Notes under the pieces: model-generated | Told to the model about the DNA's origin: nothing | The model's input: only the letters and a program-made list of their open reading frames with translations | The model's database searches: none | Made by a program: the position numbers and the translations under genes | Shown here: positions 16,961-25,503 of the stretch, in pieces | How positions within the stretch are numbered: the first letter of the stretch is position 1 | How the letters are laid out: every line of letters begins with the position of its first letter | Assembly: GCA_964492245.1 (NCBI GenBank) | Contig: CAZBJJ010000005.1 | Coordinates: 7,862 to 71,861 of the forward strand | Direction: 5' to 3' | Source of the DNA: an uncultured Spirochaetales bacterium | Lineage (GTDB): Bacteria; Spirochaetota; Spirochaetia; Treponematales; Breznakiellaceae | DNA length: 64,000 nucleotides

Positions 16961-18250
16961 CTATTGTTTTGCTAACTTTTGCCAGAGAATATTGCGAATT
17001 TCCTGCATGCCTATTTTGGCCTGGCTTGTGCTGGTAAAGGCATCAAAATAAAGTCCATTTATCGAAGAGTCCGCTTCTAAAGTGCTTAAAAAAAGTTCCT
17101 TCGCTTGAATATCGGGTTGGCGAGCATCCTGCAAGGCCGCGGCCCAACCAGAATCTCGGGCCAATTGCCAAAGAGTTTCGTCGGAGCAGACCCAGTTTAA
17201 AAAGTTAGACAACTCGACGTAGCGTTCTTGTTGCCTTTTACTGCTTTGCTTGGCAGACAGGGCAAAGTTGGGCAGGAGGGCAATTATGTCGTGGATTAAT
17301 AGGTAATTGCTGTCTTTACTGGCTGAACTGGCATAGGGAAAGGCGGCAGGTCGCATAGTAAATACATACTGATACGGCATTTCTCGACGATTTGCCAATG
17401 TCTGAATCAGGCCAATAATGCGTCCCTCTTCCAACAAAATAGATTGATCCTCCTTTGTTTTTTCAAGCCAATCTTTGGGCAAAAGGCCCTCTTCGCTCCA
17501 TTGGATTAGAGAATCGATGGCCCTGTTCCATGCGGGAAAAAAGTTTTGTAATTCCGATACCTCTTTACCCTGTTGGAGAAATTGCACTATGGAGGCATAG
17601 CTGGAAATGCCCCCTTGCTCAAGTATAAGGGCCGAAAGGATGAGGCTTACAACCTCGTCCTCTTCGCCGGCAATAAACAGGGGGAACTTTGTGCGCAACT
17701 CTGGCGAGGCTAAAATTGCCCGCAGCGAGGAAAACCAAGAGGAACTGCCAGCTTTGTGTCCCAGGGTTGAGTCCCAGATCTGGTTTGTAGAAATTTCTAA
17801 ATAATTTATTAAAAGTGGTAGGGCCCAGAGCCTATCTTCTCGGACAAGGCCAGTGCGTAGAGCGGGCGGAACTCGATGTTCTAAATTGTGGGGAATGCTG
17901 GCAAAGCTATTGGAATTTTCCTTAATGCCCTGGCAATTATAAGTAAAGACGATATCGGGTCGCTTATTTCCAAGACCTGGTGAGCTCATCCTTGTTGCAT
18001 AGTCTTCGAAATAGGGAAATTCCAAAACAATCAGTTTCCTGCCCTTTATGTCTCCCTTTGCTCGAACATTTTCATAGCCTTCGAAGAGTTTTAAAAATGC
18101 CTCGTGTTCACGGCTGGCCCTGTCGTTTCCAAAGCCAACCAGGCCTATTACCAGTGGTCGGGGGCCTAGGGCAATAATGGTAAACAGCAGGCTCAATGCT
18201 AAAACAAAAACACCAAGCCCAATAAATAGTATTAGCTGTTTGCGTTGCAT
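16961..18250 (-). CDS. Membrane-anchored hypothetical protein, 429 aa, with a large extracytoplasmic domain
   Basis: A single N-terminal TM helix (LILFIGLGVFVLALSLLFTIIAL) followed by about 390 soluble residues. It lies 12 nt downstream of the TetR gene on the same strand. Only vaguely reminiscent of solute-binding proteins. Confidence 0.55.
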   Translation of the reverse strand: MQRKQLILFIGLGVFVLALSLLFTIIALGPRPLVIGLVGFGNDRASREHEAFLKLFEGYENVRAKGDIKGRKLIVLEFPYFEDYATRMSSPGLGNKRPDIVFTYNCQGIKENSNSFASIPHNLEHRVPPALRTGLVREDRLWALPLLINYLEISTNQIWDSTLGHKAGSSSWFSSLRAILASPELRTKFPLFIAGEEDEVVSLILSALILEQGGISSYASIVQFLQQGKEVSELQNFFPAWNRAIDSLIQWSEEGLLPKDWLEKTKEDQSILLEEGRIIGLIQTLANRREMPYQYVFTMRPAAFPYASSASKDSNYLLIHDIIALLPNFALSAKQSSKRQQERYVELSNFLNWVCSDETLWQLARDSGWAAALQDARQPDIQAKELFLSTLEADSSINGLYFDAFTSTSQAKIGMQEIRNILWQKLAKQ

Positions 18251-18262
18251 AGGCCTAGTATA

Positions 18263-18880
18263 TCATTGATTGTCCGAATTCGGCGATGCACAGATTAGTT
18301 TTTTAATGGTAAAATCTATACTTGGCTCTATGTCCTTTGTCGACTCTCGGCGCAGGACCACCAGTCTATAGATGCTGGCATCGATAAAATTAAAAATGGT
18401 GTCTACGAGGGTGCGGACCTTAACTTTAGGCACCTCGCCTTTTTCTATGCCTTCGATAAAGACACCGGCTAAAATATGGCGCAGACGGAGCGTGCGTTGG
18501 CGAACTCTTTTGTCGGGGTCGGTACCACTTTTGGAAATATATAAAAGGTAGTTGTGTATAACGATAAGAAGTTTGCGATGCGACTGTAGGTGGCCAATTA
18601 TCGTAAGCAACATTTTTTTTATTTTAATGTCGCTGGTATATTCATTGTGTTCTTTAATTGCAAGGAGGTTTTCTTCAACCTGTTCAAGCATTTGCTTTAT
18701 ACTGTAATTAAAAATATCTTTTTTATTTCGAAAATAAATATACAGGGTGGTACGCGTAATACCACAGCGGTCTGCAATTTTTTGAAAGGTTGCATCTTCG
18801 TATCCCTCATCAATAAAGACATCAATTGCCTTGTCCAGAATATCTCTGCGCCGTTTCTCGTGTTCAACTACGATTGCCAT
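18263..18880 (-). CDS. TetR/AcrR family transcriptional regulator
   Basis: HTH block RRRDILDKAIDVFIDEGYEDATFQKIADRCGITRTTLYIYFRNKKDIF. The start is taken at MAIVVEHEK (GAGGGGG is 9 nt upstream). It overlaps the 3' end of the upstream methyltransferase gene by 17 nt. Confidence 0.85.
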   Translation of the reverse strand: MAIVVEHEKRRRDILDKAIDVFIDEGYEDATFQKIADRCGITRTTLYIYFRNKKDIFNYSIKQMLEQVEENLLAIKEHNEYTSDIKIKKMLLTIIGHLQSHRKLLIVIHNYLLYISKSGTDPDKRVRQRTLRLRHILAGVFIEGIEKGEVPKVKVRTLVDTIFNFIDASIYRLVVLRRESTKDIEPSIDFTIKKLICASPNSDNQ

Positions 18881-20081
18881 GCCGGGAAACCCCCTCATAC
18901 GTATATAAATATGATGGTATAGAACCACTGCCAATTTCTAAGATTCTCTGTGCTGCCCAGCCAAAATGGCTTTCGAAGCCGGGGTGTGCGGTAAGAATGA
19001 CCAGCTTCCACTGGGGAAAGCGTTCTTTTAATATTGACATGTTTTGGTACAGGGCCTCTGCCTCCTGCTCTTCGCCCATGCGCTGGCCCCAGGGTGGGTT
19101 GGCCACTAAAAGCCCTTCGTCCCAGCTGCGGTGAACGCTTAGAATATCCAAGTCCTTAAAGCTGGGATAAAAATTTTCCAGGGGCGAGGGCAGGTTAGCG
19201 GGCAGGGCGTCGTCGGCCTTAATGCCCGGGCTCGGTAATTTGCCACTGGCCAGCTCGTAGGCACGGCGTAGGTTTGCGCGGGCTATAGTAATGCTGCGAA
19301 TGTCCTTGTCGCTGCCAGCTATTCTGATGGTGTTAGAAAAATTTATCTTTTTTCGCAGGGCCTGTCGCAGTTCATCTTCTATAGTAGAATCGGTAAAGGG
19401 CAGGCTCGAGAGGGTAAAAGCCCTGCCCAGGCCAGGGGCATAGTCCCAAGCATATAGGGCGGCTTCGACAATAAAGGTGCCCGAACCACAGAAGGGGTCG
19501 TACAGCGGGATTTTTCGTCGCCACATACTGTGCAAGAGGATGCTGGCGGCAAGGGTTTCGCGCAAGGGGGCTGTGCCAGCCTCGCTGCGCCAATTCCGCT
19601 TAAACAGGGGCTGCCCACAGAGGTCTAAAAGTAGACAGACGGTGTCTTTTTCTATATATACGCGAATGGTACAGCTGTCCTGCCATTGGGAAAGGCGTTC
19701 AAGGCCCCGATCCTGGCAGAGGACCTGGGCAATTGCCTTGTGGCAGACCGATTGAATACTTGTTTCGGCTTTTAACAGGGATTGCCGTGTGCGGACCTTG
19801 TCTATGAGCACTGAGTGGCTTTCGGGTATATAATCCTGCCAGCGAATTGCGGCGGTGGCATCGAAGAGTGCGCCAAAGTCCTTGGCCTCGAAACTGCTTA
19901 CTTCTAAAAAAACACGGTCTGCGCTGCGCAGCGAAAGAAGGGCCATCCAGATTCCCCGAATATCTGCCTTAAAGCGGACACGCCCATATCCACTTTCCAG
20001 CACGCGAATCGAGAGTTTTTTTAATTCATTGGACAGTACTTTTTCTGTTCCAAGGGCACAGAGGGCACTTAACTGGTACAT
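18864..20081 (-). CDS. THUMP-domain class I SAM-dependent RNA methyltransferase (COG0116, RlmL/YpsC-like)
   Basis: N-terminal LCALGTEKVLSNELKKL... (THUMP-like). Methylase motifs DPFCGSGTFIVEAA and LVANPPWGQRMG (NPPW). Confidence 0.8.
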   Translation of the reverse strand: MYQLSALCALGTEKVLSNELKKLSIRVLESGYGRVRFKADIRGIWMALLSLRSADRVFLEVSSFEAKDFGALFDATAAIRWQDYIPESHSVLIDKVRTRQSLLKAETSIQSVCHKAIAQVLCQDRGLERLSQWQDSCTIRVYIEKDTVCLLLDLCGQPLFKRNWRSEAGTAPLRETLAASILLHSMWRRKIPLYDPFCGSGTFIVEAALYAWDYAPGLGRAFTLSSLPFTDSTIEDELRQALRKKINFSNTIRIAGSDKDIRSITIARANLRRAYELASGKLPSPGIKADDALPANLPSPLENFYPSFKDLDILSVHRSWDEGLLVANPPWGQRMGEEQEAEALYQNMSILKERFPQWKLVILTAHPGFESHFGWAAQRILEIGSGSIPSYLYTYEGVSRHGNRS

Positions 20082-20186
20082 GCTATCATTATTACATATA
20101 ATGACGTTTTGTAAAAGCTAGGTAGTTTCCCGAACCTTTCACCTGGGCTTGTTGCTTTAAATAATTATATAGCAATGATATACGAT

Positions 20187-20975
20187 TTAGTCTTTAAGCA
20201 AAATCCAGCAAAGTTCGTGCTTATTGTTGTTTAAATGCACTAATGTACTGCCGGGAATGGCGGCAAAGGCCCTGCTTGTATCTTTATCCCAGTCGCCCTG
20301 CATTTTTAAGGTGCACACAAAGTTTTTGCAAAGGCCCGATTCCAGCCAGCCTTCTACCCAGGCAAGCAGGCGTTCGGGGTAGCAAATTACATCGCTGAAT
20401 ATCCAATCGAAGGGGCCCAGTTCCTCTGGCTTTAAGGTAAAGGCGTCGTGAGCTAAAAATTCTATGTTTGGCCGCTGCATAAGTTTTTTATCGAGGGGGC
20501 TTCGGTCGATGGCCAGAATATTGGCACCGAGTTGGTCGAGCACCCAGGTCCAGCCGCCGGGGCTGGCACCGGCATCTAGGCAACGCTGGCCGGCTGTGGG
20601 CCAGCGTCGCGCGAGGATAAGGGCCTCTTGCAATTTGCGGTAGGCCCTGCTGGGCGGGTTTATTCTGTCTTCGTAAAGATTGAGTTGGCCGGCGGGAAAG
20701 GGGCTGGAACAGAGGGCGCTGCCTAGCAGGTGGTTTTTATCCAAGAGGGTCCAAGAGCCCATAGGGCTTTCGGGCAGAAGCCAGGGGAAGTCGCGAGGTT
20801 TTGTGTTGATATAGGGCAGTTGGTCTTGAATGAGCTTTGCACGCCGAAAGTTGTTCCATATAACCGGTGCCCAATTGCGCTGAATCTTGCGCAGGGCCTT
20901 TGCAGCCTGTCCGATAGAAGTGAATTCCAAAATAAAGGGTTCCAGCCAGATATTGCGGTGCCAAAATGTCTGCAC
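20187..20975 (-). CDS. rlmM: RlmM/FtsJ-like 2'-O-ribose RNA methyltransferase
   Basis: PPSRAYRKLQEA...CLDAGASPGGWTWVLDQLGANILAIDRSPL...DWIFSDVICYPERLLAWVEGWL...FVCTLKMQG aligns with the catalytic half of E. coli RlmM. The first canonical start in frame is GTG at 20975. The N-terminal region is short. Confidence 0.7.
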   Translation of the reverse strand: MQTFWHRNIWLEPFILEFTSIGQAAKALRKIQRNWAPVIWNNFRRAKLIQDQLPYINTKPRDFPWLLPESPMGSWTLLDKNHLLGSALCSSPFPAGQLNLYEDRINPPSRAYRKLQEALILARRWPTAGQRCLDAGASPGGWTWVLDQLGANILAIDRSPLDKKLMQRPNIEFLAHDAFTLKPEELGPFDWIFSDVICYPERLLAWVEGWLESGLCKNFVCTLKMQGDWDKDTSRAFAAIPGSTLVHLNNNKHELCWILLKD

Positions 20976-21026
20976 GAGCTTGCCGGGCCGGTAGTAGAAT
21001 GGGCCAAATTGAGGGGGCAGCTCAGG

Positions 21027-21134
21027 GATGGCACTCGGGCTGATGGCACTCGGGCTGATGGCTGGGTCCTGGGGCGGCGAACCGATTTGTCCCTGGGGCG
21101 GCGCACTGGTTTGTCCCTGGGGCGGCGAACCGAA
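21027..21134. repeat. Two adjacent GC-rich tandem repeats (15-bp unit about 2.9 copies, 24-bp unit about 2.7 copies) in the thrS-rlmM spacer
   Basis: gatggcactcgggct at 21027 and 21042, degenerate from 21057. ggggcggcgaaccgatttgtccct at 21071, a variant at 21095, and a partial copy from 21119. Confidence 0.9.
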
Positions 21135-21216
21135 GACTTCGTCTTCTAGGTGCTGGGGAAAATCACCGTCGCTCTGATAAATATGCGCATGCAGATAGTG
21201 AATGGCAATTTCCTGG

Positions 21217-22962
21217 CTATAGGTCCAAATCTAAATGAGCTGCTTTTTCCTTGGCATAGGCAATAAAGTCGTCCAGCAGCATGGGCGGCAATTGTTTGCC
21301 ATCGCGTAGACGGATGGAGAGGCTGTTATCATCCATCTCTTTTTGCCCCACGACCAACATATAGGGAACTTTGCGGACCTGGCAATGCCGGATTTTAGCA
21401 TTCATGCGCTCATCACCTAGTTCTGCACTTGCACGCAGGCCGGCACCGCGTAGCTTGGCCAAGACCTTTTTGGCGTACTCACTGTAGGCTTCGCCTACGG
21501 GGATAACGGCCACCTGCTCGGGGGCCAGCCACAGGGGGAAGGCTCCGGCAGTGTGCTCTAGGTAGACGCCAAAAAATCGCTCTATAGAACCCAAAAGTGC
21601 GCGGTGCACCATATAGGGGCGTTTTCTCTGGCCATCGCTATCAATATAGGTCATGTCAAAGCGCTCAGGCTCGTTAAAATCGAACTGAATAGTGGTAAGC
21701 TGCCATTGCCGCCCAATGGCGTCGCGAATTTTCAAGTCGATCTTTGGCCCATAAAAGGCGCCGCCACCCTCGTCAATTTCGTAGGCTAGGCCTTCTTTTT
21801 CCACCGCGTTGCGCAGCGACACCAAGGCGGTTTCCCACATTTCGGGGGAGCCAACAGCCCCATTCCCCTCGGGGCGGGTCGCTAAATAGGCCTTAATTTC
21901 GGGAAACCCCAAGGTTTTGTGCATATGAAGTGAAAAACGCAGTACCTCGGAAATTTCACCTTCAATTTGCTCGGGTGTACAGATAATATGGGCATCGTCT
22001 TGGGTAAAGCCACGCACGCGCATAAGACCATGTAAGGTGCCAGATCGCTCGTAGCGGTAGACGGTGCCCAGCTCTGCCCAGCGCAAAGGGAGGTCGCGGT
22101 AGGAGTGCAGGCCATTGTTGTAGATCATGATATGAAAGGGGCAGTTCATGGGCTTGATGTAATAATCGTCTTTGTCGATTTCCATAGCCGAGTACATGCC
22201 CTCTTTGTAAAAACCCAGATGGCCAGAGGTCTCCCAGAGCCAGGACTTGCCCACATGGGGGGTAAATAAAAGTTCATAGCCGTTTTTATAGTGCTCATCG
22301 CGCCACCAGTTTTCCAGGGCCACGCGAAAGCGCCCGCCCATGGGGTGCCAGTATACAAGGCCTGGGCCCGCTTCTTCGTGGGTGGAAAAAAGATCCAGCT
22401 CGCGTCCAAGTTTTCGGTGGTCACGCTTTTCGGCCTCGGCCAGCATTGCCAAGTATTCCTTCAATTCTTGGCCTTTTTCGAAGGCTGCCGCATAAATGCG
22501 GGTGAGCATGGGGCGTTTTTCGTCGCCGCGCCAATAGGCGCCTGCGACTGACATCAATTTAAATGAGTCCGGCTTAATATCTCGGGTGCTATCTACGTGG
22601 GGCCCGCGACAGAGGTCGGTAAAGTCGTCGTGGCTGTATATGCTAATGCTACCGTCTTCAAGCTCCTCGATAAGTTCCAATTTAAAGGGTTCATCGGCAA
22701 AGAGCTTGCGCGCCTCGTCCTTAGAGATTTCTTTTTTCTCGAAGGCCGCGTTTTTTCCAATTATCGAGCGCATTTCCTTTTCTATTGCGGGAAAGTCCTC
22801 GGTGGTAATAGCTTGGGGCAGTTGAAAGTCGTAATAAAAGCCATGTTCAATGGCCGGCCCAATGGCCACCTTGGTGCCGGGAAAAAGTTTAACCACTGCC
22901 TGCGCCATTATGTGGCTGGCGGAATGGCGAATGGTGTGTACTGGAAAAGCTGTTTTAGACAT
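21217..22962 (-). CDS. thrS: Threonyl-tRNA synthetase, form lacking the TGS domain
   Basis: It starts directly at the editing/second-additional-domain HxxxH region (IRHSASHIMAQAV). Class II core and anticodon-binding domain are present. 581 aa. GGAGGAA RBS. Confidence 0.95.
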   Translation of the reverse strand: MSKTAFPVHTIRHSASHIMAQAVVKLFPGTKVAIGPAIEHGFYYDFQLPQAITTEDFPAIEKEMRSIIGKNAAFEKKEISKDEARKLFADEPFKLELIEELEDGSISIYSHDDFTDLCRGPHVDSTRDIKPDSFKLMSVAGAYWRGDEKRPMLTRIYAAAFEKGQELKEYLAMLAEAEKRDHRKLGRELDLFSTHEEAGPGLVYWHPMGGRFRVALENWWRDEHYKNGYELLFTPHVGKSWLWETSGHLGFYKEGMYSAMEIDKDDYYIKPMNCPFHIMIYNNGLHSYRDLPLRWAELGTVYRYERSGTLHGLMRVRGFTQDDAHIICTPEQIEGEISEVLRFSLHMHKTLGFPEIKAYLATRPEGNGAVGSPEMWETALVSLRNAVEKEGLAYEIDEGGGAFYGPKIDLKIRDAIGRQWQLTTIQFDFNEPERFDMTYIDSDGQRKRPYMVHRALLGSIERFFGVYLEHTAGAFPLWLAPEQVAVIPVGEAYSEYAKKVLAKLRGAGLRASAELGDERMNAKIRHCQVRKVPYMLVVGQKEMDDNSLSIRLRDGKQLPPMLLDDFIAYAKEKAAHLDLDL

Positions 22963-23085
22963 GATGTTCCTCCGACTCCCCGAGTTTGCTCTTTAGCGGC
23001 GCTCTTTGTCAAGCTCGTAGCACTGTCCTGTTGGCTAGAGATCTTGCTTAGTGCATCAGGTGAAAGCTTCGGGATACTACTTTTT

Positions 23086-25329
23086 TTATAGGCCCAGGCC
23101 GTGAAGGTAGGCGTACAGGGCCATTTTACCCCGCATTGTCTGCTGGGGCGTAAACTCGCTGTGGGCCCAAGTCCAGCGGGTATTGTAACAGGCCTCGGCG
23201 CGCGGCCAGTCCTTAAGGGGCGGCCAGCCTTTTTCTGCAATCCAAGAGGGACGGGCCATTATCAGCTTGCCCCAGTCGTGCGTGTTCATATAGGGGGTAT
23301 GTCCTGGGTGTAGGCCCGGGCGGCCATCCCGCCTGCCAGAGGTGTAGGCGTTTTCTACCGAGCGGTATGTGGCCAGGGGGCTGTAGGCGGTGGTCATCTG
23401 AATCATGTTTAAAGGATTTCGTCCCATCCCCCAGTCGGCCTCTAATAGAAGGGCACGCAGCAGGTCTTGGCGCAGTATGTTTTCTGATGGCGAAACCAGA
23501 TGGTGCGCCAGGATGATGCGCATTACGTTTTGCCCGGTATGGAAAAAGCCCAAATCGCGATCGCTGGACCGCCGCGAGGGGCGCAGGGCCATATCCATGG
23601 CCTGGGCTCGGCCTGTCTCGATGGCAAGTTTGCGCAGACGGTCTGCAAATTGTTCCCTTTTTGGATGGCGGCTACTGCCTAAATAGCCGGCGGTGGCCCA
23701 GATTTGGTCTGCATCGCGTATCGAAACTTCTGCAATGCCCCGAGAAATATGGGCCTGTTCTTCTATTATTTGTTCATAGGCTTCTTCCCCGGTTAGGTCC
23801 CATAAAAAGGCAGCAGCGGTCATTTTAAAATCCTGTCCGCGCATGCTGTTTAGTCCAAGGTTTTGAATGCGTCCTAGTTCTTCCTGGGGGGCGCGGTTGG
23901 CAACATCCCAGGCTTCCAATGCGGCTTGGGTATATTTTTTGCAAAGCGCATCCCGACCAGCAATCTTCAGACAGCTGGCATACATTGCGGCATTGACAGC
24001 ATTGGCCCAGGCTGCGGTGCTGGTGGCATCGGCCTGATAGATAACTCCCTCTTCGTCTGGGTTTGTTGTGCCATGCGAGTAGCCTTCGCCGTCGCGGAGG
24101 GAAAGCCAGAAGTCGACTTCGTTTTGGGCCTCGTCTAAAAGATCGGGCAGGCCGTTTCCGGTCTCGGCAATGCCGCAGTCGTCGTCGCTGGGGCTGCCTT
24201 TCAGCAGATAATAGGGAAGTAGCATGTCGTATATACTGCTTACATGGCCCAAGTGCCGGTCCCAGTCGAGGGCGTCGCTGTGCCCGCCGCGCGATATCAT
24301 ATTTGGCTCGGCATCGGGTTTTACATAGGCGGCCCAAAACTTTGGGGGGTCCCATTTGTCGCCCGGGGCAAAGGTTTTCCATTCGGGGTGCCAGGGGTGC
24401 ATACTGGTGCGTAGGATTTTGCAGCCCTTGGGGTCCACCCCGGGGATGTAGCGGGGTTGGCGGGGTTCGGGGACAATATCTTCGCGTATTTCTTCGCCCA
24501 GGCGCATGTAATAATAGCCGCGCAGGTTGGTGTCGAAGGGGGCCTTCCAGCGTTTTTCATCAATTTCGAAAGGGGCTGTGCAGCCAATGCCTTTAATAGC
24601 TATGCGATAACTGCCGGCTTTTTTCGGCGAGGGGATGTCGGCAATCCAGTTTGTGGAGCCGGTCATATTTCCAAAGCCGGCTTCTTGGCCTGCGCCGGCG
24701 CCCCTCTCGAGTTTTCCGGCTATTTCTGCCCGGCCATCTTCGGCTATAAGCCAAATGGCCCTGCCTTCGAAGCTGGTATAATCGCGCGCTCCGCCACTGC
24801 CGCGCCAAAAGCTGAGGTCGCAAAAAAGTTCTTCCTGCAGTAGCGAAAAGCCGTGGAGGTTTATATGCAGGGCCTCGCTCTGGCTGGTAAAGGAATTAAA
24901 TTTAATTTCCCAAGCACAGTTTTTTTCTAGGCCCATTGTCTCTTTTGCTATCAGTGTATAGCTCTTGTCTTCTTCCAAGGGTTCAGAGAGCTCAATGTAA
25001 AGTTCGTGGGCCACCGGTGTCTGGTATTCATAGTCGTTAAGGGCTTCGTTCCAGGGCAATTGGGCCATACCAGTAATTTTTGTCTTTCTATATATGGCAA
25101 TTATTGTGGGGGCCTTCCCAGAACTGGCTGCCCGAAAGGCCCAGGATTCTGGTTTTTCGGCAAGCTCTGTGTCGAGTCTGCCCCAAAATTCTGCCCAGCT
25201 GTCGCCGGCTTCGTAATTGTTTGTATAGTCGGGGCGAAAATTTTCCGCGTCCTCGGCAAAATAAACGGCCCCCTCCTGTACCCGCAGGCAGAGGGTTTGG
25301 GCATCGATGCTACTCAAAAAGCTGTTCAT
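23086..25329 (-). CDS. Glycoside hydrolase family 9-like (alpha/alpha)6-barrel protein with an N-terminal Ig-like region. No signal peptide.
   Basis: GGHSDALDWDRH aligns with GH9 GGWxDAGDxxK and keeps both Asp residues. GLPDLLDEAQNEVDFWLSL resembles the PDILDE block. LEADWGMGRNPLN resembles DYLLGRNP. The C-terminal WAHSEFT resembles the NEVA acid block. This is my recollection of the motifs, not a search result. Confidence 0.55.
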   Translation of the reverse strand: MNSFLSSIDAQTLCLRVQEGAVYFAEDAENFRPDYTNNYEAGDSWAEFWGRLDTELAEKPESWAFRAASSGKAPTIIAIYRKTKITGMAQLPWNEALNDYEYQTPVAHELYIELSEPLEEDKSYTLIAKETMGLEKNCAWEIKFNSFTSQSEALHINLHGFSLLQEELFCDLSFWRGSGGARDYTSFEGRAIWLIAEDGRAEIAGKLERGAGAGQEAGFGNMTGSTNWIADIPSPKKAGSYRIAIKGIGCTAPFEIDEKRWKAPFDTNLRGYYYMRLGEEIREDIVPEPRQPRYIPGVDPKGCKILRTSMHPWHPEWKTFAPGDKWDPPKFWAAYVKPDAEPNMISRGGHSDALDWDRHLGHVSSIYDMLLPYYLLKGSPSDDDCGIAETGNGLPDLLDEAQNEVDFWLSLRDGEGYSHGTTNPDEEGVIYQADATSTAAWANAVNAAMYASCLKIAGRDALCKKYTQAALEAWDVANRAPQEELGRIQNLGLNSMRGQDFKMTAAAFLWDLTGEEAYEQIIEEQAHISRGIAEVSIRDADQIWATAGYLGSSRHPKREQFADRLRKLAIETGRAQAMDMALRPSRRSSDRDLGFFHTGQNVMRIILAHHLVSPSENILRQDLLRALLLEADWGMGRNPLNMIQMTTAYSPLATYRSVENAYTSGRRDGRPGLHPGHTPYMNTHDWGKLIMARPSWIAEKGWPPLKDWPRAEACYNTRWTWAHSEFTPQQTMRGKMALYAYLHGLGL

Positions 25330-25503
25330 GCCCCTAGTATAAATAATACACAGGCCCTTGCATACTGATAGCTATAATACAGGAAAAAGCCTGAATTAGG
25401 GAAAAATTAGAGATATTTGGGCCAGTGACATGCTTTATTCCTAGATTTTATTAAATTGTTTTGATAATCTTTAGATTATCTTCGTATTTAGGAAGTAAAG
25501 CGT

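Noticed and set aside
20723-21149. ORFs 20723..21106 (minus) and 20730..21149 (plus) spanning the thrS-rlmM repeats
   Set aside because: Their products are low-complexity Arg/Pro/Ser-rich translations of the tandem repeats that overlap rlmM in the wrong frame. There is no RBS or homology support.
23825-24596. Arg-rich alternative-frame ORFs inside the GH9-like gene (23825..24382 minus, 24063..24596 plus, and others)
   Set aside because: These are typical shadow ORFs of a GC-rich coding region. Their products are highly basic and low-complexity, while the 747-aa frame has ordered GH9-like blocks.
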